Positions 55,101 through 64,000 of a stretch of 64,000 bases of DNA are shown piece by piece; the stretch's first letter is position 1; each line of letters starts with the position of its first letter. A model generated the notes under the pieces. It saw only the letters and a list, made by a program, of their open reading frames with translations. It searched no databases and was not told where the DNA came from. The DNA is from Eledone cirrhosa (lineage: Eukaryota), in NCBI GenBank assembly GCA_964016885.1, contig OZ024747.1:38006001-38070000 (forward strand). The letters run 5' to 3'. The translations under genes and the position numbers were made by a program.

Positions 55101-56860
55101 CAAATCAAAATGTCGGCATGTGGCCATCGATTTTGCCATTCAATTGTGTACATGTTACATTTGTTTAGGAGATCCATCAGCTTTATGACTTTAAGTCTGA
55201 ACATCCTAGCTATAATATCATGATGATCTTTGCGTTCTTGATGATGATAAAGCTCACTCTTTATTTCATGCCATGTTGGGTTACATGTGAATGTAATGAA
55301 GAGGTCTGGACGACCATAGTGTCTGACATATGTAAGTGCATCTTGGGTACGCTCATGCATGTCCTGTGAACTTCCTGTAAAGCTTGATGGAAGAATAACA
55401 CAAAGCTGTCCAATGTTATCAGCAGCCAATGCTCCTTCATTACTGATTGCATCTCTCAGGTGAATGTACTCTGATGCACGGAGATCTTTCTGATGTGTTC
55501 CAATGTAAAGAAGCCTTTCTCCTTCAATTTTTGCATACATACCAACTGCAAATTGCTGGAAGATCTCACGTGAACGTTGCAGAATATTTTAGTCTTGCTG
55601 TCTTAATATGAAAAGGTAAGCGTAAAATTCCATGCAGCTTACTGTTTTCGTCAGCTTACTGTTTTTTTTTTTTACCAAAGTGATATCCATCTTGGCCAAA
55701 TACACAGATTATTGGATACTGGAGCGCATCATATGATCGGTGGGTTGCATTTATCCGCTGCATCTTATTTCTCCTTTGAATAATAATATCTCTCTTCCCA
55801 TACTCGTCACCTGTAATAATTGCTGCTACTTCATTTGCAGCAGAAGCATTGTAGCGGCCTCTGTGTTCAGGAATAGGCTTTTTGTCAGCATAACTATCTT
55901 ATATTCAGTGGGTGGTTCATATTATAATGCATACGTCAAGATTCTGATATAGCTATTGTTTGCATGCAACATATCTTGCAGATCAAAGATTAACTCTTCT
56001 TTCAAATTTGGAAGGTTAAATGACCGTTGCAAAGCCTTCTCCTTGTAATTTGCCACAAAATATATCAGTAAAAACTGAGGATGTTTGCCTTCAGTTGACA
56101 ACAAAGATCTAATACGGTGGCATACTTGACCTTGAACTTTAAAAGTTGGCTTCATGTTCCCTTCTCTTATAATATTGCTACCCAAGGTGGTTATTTAGAA
56201 AACAGAATTATAATTCCTAATGTCTTTCAAGAAGTGCATGCTCCTTGGTGTGTTTCCCCAAAGCAATACCTTCAAAGTATCTGGAGGTGTACCAAACGTC
56301 GGTAAAACAACCACTTCTCCACCACAACACATAGTGGTGGTCTCCCTTTCCCATTTCTTTCCTTTACAAACATTGCACTCTTTCGACATTGCTCCAATAT
56401 TAATCAATTTCTCTGTAGAGTAATCATGTTTTGGATCACAGTTGAAAGCTGATCTTTTCCAAGTCCCCTTGAAAGATGCAACTCTTTTGTTAAACGTATT
56501 CAGCCTATCTTGATCAAGACGCTTACATCTCTCCTCTGAGGATTGGCGAAGTCTTGCAGCAACTGTTTGTTCCTTGGTTTTTCTTTCTCTAATCTCTCGT
56601 TGACCTATTGTCTCATTGGTAACTCTGGCAGCTTGGTCTTTGTCTTGCATCCTTTAAACGTTTTCTCTTTCCTTTCTCCTGTGGATTGAATTTTGTTAAC
56701 GTAATTGTTCTAACTGTTTTTCCCTTACCTCTTGTGACTCACTGGCCCTGTGTGCAGCAGCTCCCCTCCTGTCGTGTTCATGTCTTTGCTGTCATTGTAC
56801 TGGGGACTCTAGTGACCTTGCTCTGGCTACCTGCACTAGTCTTTGCTTCACAGTAGAATA
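52181..56860 (-). mobile_element. Second Helitron (decayed autonomous, different family); 5' boundary uncertain
   Basis: 3' hairpin CCCGG-GTAACA-CCGGG + CTAG|T at 52181; RepHel fragments upstream. Confidence 0.9.
52440..56650 (-). pseudogene. Helitron Rep-helicase, fragmented
   Basis: FKVQGQVCHRIRSL; YAKIEGERLLYI; ILPSSFTGS; YGRPDLFITFTCNPTW; YTIEWQ..PH; HGPCG; KYVCKYIKKG; LDAPGGTGK; SSGIAATLLGG.TAHS.FKLPL. Confidence 0.92.
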
Positions 56861-57621
56861 CTGATCATCTACACCTACCCCGTCTCCTCTTGAAGAGGGT
56901 GAGAACATTTTACTAGGAAACCTTTTTGAAAGTTAAAATGGAGATTAATGAAAGAATTAGTGAAAGTTGCATGAATATCTTCACAAGATTGATTGAAATA
57001 AATTGAGATTGTGGATCGCCGCACGCACGCACACACACACACAAACATACACATACATAAACGCAAACGCGATAAATGGCGATTGTGGAAAGCTGCACAC
57101 ACGCAAACGCGCGCACACACGCACGCAACGCACACACCCACGCACGCACTCGTGCAAGCACACACGCACACATGTTAATAGTTTTTACTTTCTGTGGGAT
57201 GCCGCACACACAGACACACACATAGGTACACATCTTAATAGTTATTGCTTTCCTTCCTCTCTTATTTCCACACACATCACACACATGTATCTACACCGAC
57301 ATATATATATACAGTATCAAACACAGCGTCTCTCACTCTCTCTCTCCCCCTCTCTCTCTCACACACACACACTCACACTATTTACATTTCTCCCTCTATC
57401 GAAAAACGTTGTGACAAATGAGGAGTTGGAGGAGGAGAAGTAAAGAGCAGCGTCCTCACTTCCCCCTCTGTTTCTTTCTCTCCCCTCTCATTCCCTCATT
57501 GGCATTATGCATAGACATACAAATAAATACGCAGACATCTGCTAATATATATATATATATATATATGTGCATATATATATATATATATAAACACACACGC
57601 ACCCCCCCCCCCACACACACA

Positions 57622-57699
<78 letters not shown>

Positions 57700-57719
57700 C
57701 CTGTATCTAGTTACAGATT

Positions 57720-57872
57720 TCTACGTTCTGTGTTCAAATTCCACCGAGCTCAAATGTGCCTATCATCCGTCTGGAGTTGATAAAACAAAGTACCAGTACC
57801 ACACTGGTGTCGATACGATCGACTTTCCCTTACCCCTAAATTCATGATCTTGTGCCAATGACAGAAATAATT
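57720..57872 (+). mobile_element. Old degenerate copy of the 842-type SINE
   Basis: GTTCAAATTCCACCGAG..GCCTATCATCC..GATAAAACAAAGTACCAGT..CTTGTGCC. Confidence 0.6.
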
Positions 57873-58022
57873 ATTAGCTTCGTTGTTGTTTTGTTGTAGA
57901 AAAATGATATTGTTGTCCTTCGTTTTATAATCACTTTGTTGTGTGTCTCAGAGGAATCTTAGCATCAACGATAACAATAGTTACGGATGCAGCTGTAACA
58001 GAAACAGCAGAAGCATCAATAG

Positions 58023-58054
<32 letters not shown>

Positions 58055-58499
58055 AGAGCAACAGCAAGAGTGGTAGCAGCATCAGTAGCAGTAGTAACAG
58101 TCTGAACAACAACACAAGCAGCAAAATCCGTCTAGAAAGATTTTTGCTGCAATGTTGCAATGTATTGACAAATGAAAAGTCTAAACTAGAAAGAAACAAA
58201 TGAAAACAGTTAATGTGAACAAATTCTGATATTATAAATTATCAAGGTTTTGAGACTAAAATAAAAATATCAAAACAAAATAAAACAAAGCAAGAATACT
58301 AATACACTTCTTGTTTCATGAAACTATTGATTTTTTGAAATCTCTTTTGCGGGGCCATTCTCGTCGCTATCACTTCAGTTGCGATGCCTCTTCTATGCAC
58401 TTATTCTAAACGACTGATTAGTTCTTTCTCTACTCTACTCTCATTTTACTCAACGAAATCTACTACCATTTGTTTATGGCCGTTTTACTAGTTCACTAA

Positions 58500-59125
58500 T
58501 ACGCCCCTCAACCTTGTCAACGTGGGGAAGGACGCGTTAAGTCTCCAGTAACGAGGACCTAATTCACTATACAATCCGCACATATATCCCACTACCTGAA
58601 ACTGTGAACAACTGACGCTGGTTCTTTATGTTACACCTATATAAACTACCAGTGTAAGTGCTTGAACAGACTTGTAAGGCTTTTGCAGCCATTTGTTTAG
58701 TCGTCTAACCACGCATCATCGTTGTATGTATCCAAAATGCAGTCCAAATCGCACCCAAGAACTACAGAGCGAACAGTTTCCAGGAATGTCACTAGATATC
58801 TGAAGAAGTCCGGTCTTCCAGCTTCTGTCGGGGCATAAACTGCCACTAGCATGAAGGCATTCCATTTCTTTCACTGCTGCTCACGCCCAGGACGATTGAT
58901 ATACCTTCCAAGCTTAGGAAAACTGCTCTTGCTACTAGGTCTAGGCCTTTCCAAATGAGCACTGCTACACCACTTAAACCGAACCGATTACAAAAAGAAC
59001 ATAGGCTTTGTTGTCGGTCAGAAGCAGAACTAGTGAGTGTATCTCGTAAATCCTGGTCTCGCTAATGGCTACCACATCTAGATGTAGTGTTCTGAATAAT
59101 ATTAATACATGCTGCTTGACAGCTG
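58500..59125 (-). pseudogene. LINE apurinic-type endonuclease remnant (Tx1/L1-like)
   Basis: Across frames: LDVVAISETR, SGVAVLI, LVAVYAPT..RPDFF, VVLGCDLDCILD. Confidence 0.65.
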
Positions 59126-60190
59126 CCTATTTCGATCAGGTCATGAAGGATGAAAAGTAAATTGAGTTTAGCCTGATTCGAACTCACTAGCTAAAGAGCC
59201 GCAGCTAAAATCTGCAAACATTCAAGTCACTTCACACGTATTACTCCAAACTATGACACATGCATACTGTTTACTAAAGAGAGTTAACAAGCACAGCACG
59301 TAGAGAGACTCTATACTGGTGCAATTTAAAAAAAAAATATAATTGGAAAATATCAAGCACACACACACACACACTCACACCAACACACACACACACAAAA
59401 ACACACACACAAGTGTGTGTGTCTGAGGCGCATACTCTTTTTATAGCAGAGTAAATACAATTAACAGAGAGGATCCGACAACAACAATTACATCAGCAGC
59501 AACAACAACATCAATAGTCACAAAAACAACACCAAAAACAACAACAACAATATAAATAACGACAGAAACAAGAATAGTGGCAACATCAGCAACAGCAACA
59601 GTAACAACAGTACTAACAAGAGAAGTACAAACAACAGCGACGATAACAATGATAACAACAATATACAATAAATCAACAGCACCACTGTCCTCCTATTGTT
59701 AGGCGGAAAGGAGTAACTACTGAATGGAAACATTCCAAATAAGGGGACATGGAATAGAGAAACTTTGAATCAAAGATGAAAATGCAACAAAAAAGTATTA
59801 AAAAAAACAACAACAAAATTACAAAAACAACATGGCTGACTTTGAGGAGAAAAAAGAGTAACTTTGACGTATACAACAGAACTATTAGGAAATATTGAAA
59901 CAAACAGAATATGACAATATGACAATATTGAAGCACTGTCATGACTCAATACGTCATCTAACTGTGGTTTTGTTGTTGTTGATTAGCCCGCCTTAGGTCA
60001 AACTTAATACAGCATATGTATATATGAATGTATGTATGTAAGCATGTATGTATGTTCTTCTGGTTTTATAATTTCACAGTTTTACCAATAGAGAGAGAGT
60101 CGGTTTCTAACATAGACACAAACTCTCTCATTGGAATTTACGCAACATCAACTAGGTAGATATGTATGTATGCATGTGTAGATATGGATG

Positions 60191-63100
60191 TTATTGTATG
60201 TTTGGATGTGTACGTTTTGAGTTGTATGTGTGCATGTGTATATGCAGGTAGTGGATGCAAAATGTTTGGAATGCTTTACATATTTTTACTGTTCCATTAA
60301 TGGATTGTACTTGTAATTTCCTAATTAGTTGTGTTCTTTCTGTTCCTGTGAAGCCTAGCTTCTCAAGATTTGTATTGAGGCAGTTACTGAGATACCCCAG
60401 TGTCCCAATAATCACAGGCATAAATCTGAAGGTGTAATCAGGGTGGAGTATCTGCAGATTTCTCATAAGTTCTGCATAAATGTTCTCCTTTTCACTAATC
60501 TTTGATATTATATTGGCATCTGCTGGGCAGCTAATTTCCACTACTGTGCATGTTTTCTTCTCCCTGTCCCATATCATAATATCTGGTCTGTTATGCCTGC
60601 ATTTTATTGGGGTTTTTACTGGAACATTCCACCAGTACTCTTTCATATTATGTACATGGATGTCTTCCACATTGCTGTAGCTTTTAATGTGTTTGTTATC
60701 GGGGCTATCTTTTTTACGAACTACATTGTACAGTGTTTTGGCCACTACATCATGCCTCATAGGTAAATAGTACCGCGATGACACCTTTGGGCAGCTGCTG
60801 ATGACATGGGTGATATCCTCGATGTTAGTTCTGCAGAGTCTGCACTTGTTATCACATCTAGGTGTTTTGCTTGCATCCCTATCTCTTTTGTGAATCAGGT
60901 ATTTCGTGCTAATCTCCTGTTCTTGGATTGCAAAAGCGTATCCTTCAAAGTGGGAGCCAATATAGCGGTTGTTGGTCCAAGATAGACTATTTCCTTATCT
61001 ATATTACTCTCACTCTGGAGCTTCCTGGCAACATATCCATGCATGATTTTTTGCTGATAGGCATGCAGTTTTTCATCCATGGATTCACTGCGATACTGCT
61101 GAGCGACATCCCTGGGTGTGAGTTTTTGATTATCATACAGGGAATATCTCTCAAGGAGTTCCTTCCCAACTCTCATGATCTTATCTGTTTCATGCAGATA
61201 GACTTGCTCGAGAAGCGGGTTCCTACGCTTCGAGGTTCGTAGATGTCGGAGAGATATGATGCGACATTCAAATGTTGTCTGGACTGCTTACGTATCAAGT
61301 AAAGGCGGTCTATGTCACTGTTGATGTGGAAGTTTCCGGTGTTGTTCAGTATTTTTCGAGTTCCAACATCAACTGCTAGGATTTCTTCTATCGTCCAATT
61401 GAGTATTCCAAACGTTGGTGTTAGGACAGGCACAGAAAACACATTATGAGCCACTGTTTTGTTTTGCGCAGAGAGTTCCGATGACCAGATCTTTCTTAAT
61501 CGGGTGTAGTATTCCCTGGTTACGCGTTCTTTATTACAGATACCATTATAGGATATGTTCTCATCTATCCCCAGGTATCTGTAGCAGTCCTCGTCAGATA
61601 TCGGTGAAACAGTTAGACCATTGATGACAATGTTGCTAGATTGGGTTGTTGTTTTTCCCCGCTTTACAGTCATGTATGAGCATTTATCTTGGCCAAACTC
61701 CATTCCTATATCCTTTGAGAACGTTGTAACCAGGTTAAGATTTTTCTTCATCCCATCCATGTTCTTGTCATAGAGTTTCAGATCGTTCACAAAGAAGTTA
61801 TGGGTTAGGTTCGTATTTCTGTCTTCCTGTGAGCCAATGATGTATCCCTCACATTTATTGAGCAGAAAGGACAAGGGGTTTAATGACAAGATGAACAATA
61901 TCACAGAGAGACTGTCCCGCTGAAATATATCCCTGCAATATTTTATTTTATCAGTGAAAATAGAGTCCTCCCTCTCTGTCTTTAACCTTAGGATAGTAGC
62001 CCAAGAAGAAGACAGCCTCTTTATGGCTCTGACAATAATGTCTGGGACTTTAGCAAGTTGGAGGGCCTCTATCATCCAAGAGAGGGGAACAGAATCGAAA
62101 GCTTTCTTGTAGTCCAGCCAGACTGTAGTCATATTTCTCCTAAGTTGTCGCACCTCCGACATCGCAGTTTTGTTGATTAGGAGTTGTTCAGCACATCCCC
62201 AAACCCTTTTCTTTCCAGCTGCTTGTTCATCTGTGATGATGTTATTATTTTCACAGTGATCTTGGAGGAATAGGTTGAGGCAGGCTGTATACATCTTATA
62301 CATCAGGTTCTGGCATGCAATAGGTCGGTAGTTTTTTGCCAAGTGGGTGTCTTTGTTCTTGGCGACCAGTAACGTTTGTGCTAATGTTAACCATTCTGGT
62401 ATAAGTGTATCTCCCTTATGTTTTTTGTACCAGTAGCCGACAATCATGTCTCTTCCTGGTGTTTTCTTATCTTGGAGTTTTCCTATCACAGTCTCAAGGG
62501 TACCCTCACTTATTTCGTATGTTTTTGTTGTAGTGTAGGAGCAATAGTTCTTTCGGATTTCACTTATCCACACTGCATCTTGGTTGAAATTCTTCTTTTC
62601 ACCCCATATTTTTCTCCAAAAGGAATCTGTCTTTCTGGGATGGGGCCTCAGTGACACTTATTATTTTGTCCTTCATATCTCTATAGACTGATGTTTGGTT
62701 TCGTCTGAATCTTTTATTAAGCATTTTTCTCTCATCTACCTTCTTCAGGTATCGGCGTTTTTGGCTAACAGCTCTCAATTCTTGTTTGAGGGGGATCAGT
62801 TTATATTGGAGAGTTCTGGTTCTACTGTTACCAAACATCGTCTCTATTTTATTTTTCACTCTTTGTTGGTGAGGAGTGAGGGTTTTTTTGTGTTTGTTTG
62901 CATGTAAGGAGCATTATCACATGTCCTATGTTTTTTTGTAGGTCAGCACTCTTTTTTTCTATTTTAGTTATATATGATGGTATTTTTGGTGGTGTTTTGT
63001 TCTTGTTAATATCTCTGCTATCACCAAGAAAATACTTCACTGTCATTGCGAAGGCATATAAACAGGCGTTGATTTGCCAAAATGTTGGGGTTTTTATCCG

Positions 63101-64000
63101 TCGTAAATATTCATCCCCTATTTCGTCAATAACACGTAGTATTTCATTATTTGGTTTTTTATTCACCATTGTCATTTTAACACGTTCAGCCAGAGAGATA
63201 CATGAGTTAATTTCTCTCTAGAAGATTTCGTTGAGGGAAATTTTCAATTGTTTATACTTTTGATTATCATTATCGATAGTATTTTCCACAACAGTCGAGG
63301 TAGACTCGGATGGTATACGTGGTGTCACATTTATTCGATTATTATTATTATTTCTTCGATTATTATTATTATCGATAGTGTTTTCCCCAGCATTCGAGGT
63401 AGACTTAGATGGTACAGGCATAGTTGTTTCAAGGCGTTGTTCGACCTGGCTGCTAGGAAGTCTAGTAGCATGGCGATCTGTAGCACGTGTTGTTGATTCC
63501 ATGTTTGTTGTGGGGGACTTACAATTAATAATATTTATCTTATTTTTACGTTCAACAAACGTCGCTTGTTGGCGTAATTGTTTCGCTGTGAAATAATTTA
63601 GCTCTGGGTGCATTTCGTCCCAGTGTAGCTTCATTCTATTCATATAGCGAATGGAGGGATTGTTTTTTGCCATTTTATAACAATTAAATAAATCATTATT
63701 AAGTTCGCAACTCCAAGAGAAATGCGATTTATAATTTCGGTTTCTTCTGTAGCTACAACTGAATAATATTTTCTTACCTTCTTTGTTATTTGTCTTCGAT
63801 ACTTCCTTAATTTTCTTGTTGATGTTGTGTTCAGCCATGCTGTTTGTAGCAAATCCTTGTAAAATGAATTATGTATTTAGTCGGATATCTCTACGAATTC
63901 GAATAAAAGGTGTCTTCAGAAGGGATAGTTAGAAGAATAACCAGTCATTAAACCTGGCTGTAGTTGTGGTATTACTGTCGGAGATAGTATTCATCAAAAA
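60191..64000 (-). mobile_element. R4/Dong-like non-LTR retrotransposon (RT + CCHC + REL endonuclease), frameshifted
   Basis: KTPGRD, YRPIAC, LDYKKAFDSV, FQRDSLS, FVNDLKL (catalytic DD degraded), YRYLG; CRLC..EDITHVISSCP; RHDVVAK; RPDIMIWD..VVEISCP. Confidence 0.88.

Noticed and set aside
57943-59733. Poly-Ile/Ser/Leu/Val ORFs suggesting membrane proteins
   Set aside because: Derived from (CAT)n and (CAA/CAG)-rich simple repeats.

Overview
AT-rich, gene-poor eukaryotic DNA saturated with (TA)n/(CA)n microsatellites and transposon debris. The SINE types and microsatellite load suggest a mollusc, probably an octopus/cephalopod (inference). I found no host gene, and most ORFs in the supplied track are microsatellite translations. 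Recognisable elements: two decayed Helitrons (Rep-Pif1) plus non-autonomous ends; three Penelope-like elements (PLEs; RT/GIY-YIG), one of them an ~8 kb head-to-head inverted duplicate; an R4/Dong-like LINE; fragments of RTE, CRE and Tx1/L1 LINEs; a Tc1/mariner 5' end; a MITE; and tRNA-derived SINEs. The most notable signal is non-coding. At least six families of short, protein-less elements sit in (TA)n tracts and carry type I hammerhead ribozyme (HHR) motifs (CUGANGA...GAAA, palindromic stem III). One family forms near-identical 468-bp tandem arrays, and its HHR stem II shows compensatory changes between copies (retrozyme-like, possibly circular RNA). About 15 insertions share one architecture: inverted arms, head-to-head wherever sense can be assigned, with the outer ends abutting TA repeats. 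Folds and alignments were done by eye; ribozyme activity is not demonstrated.
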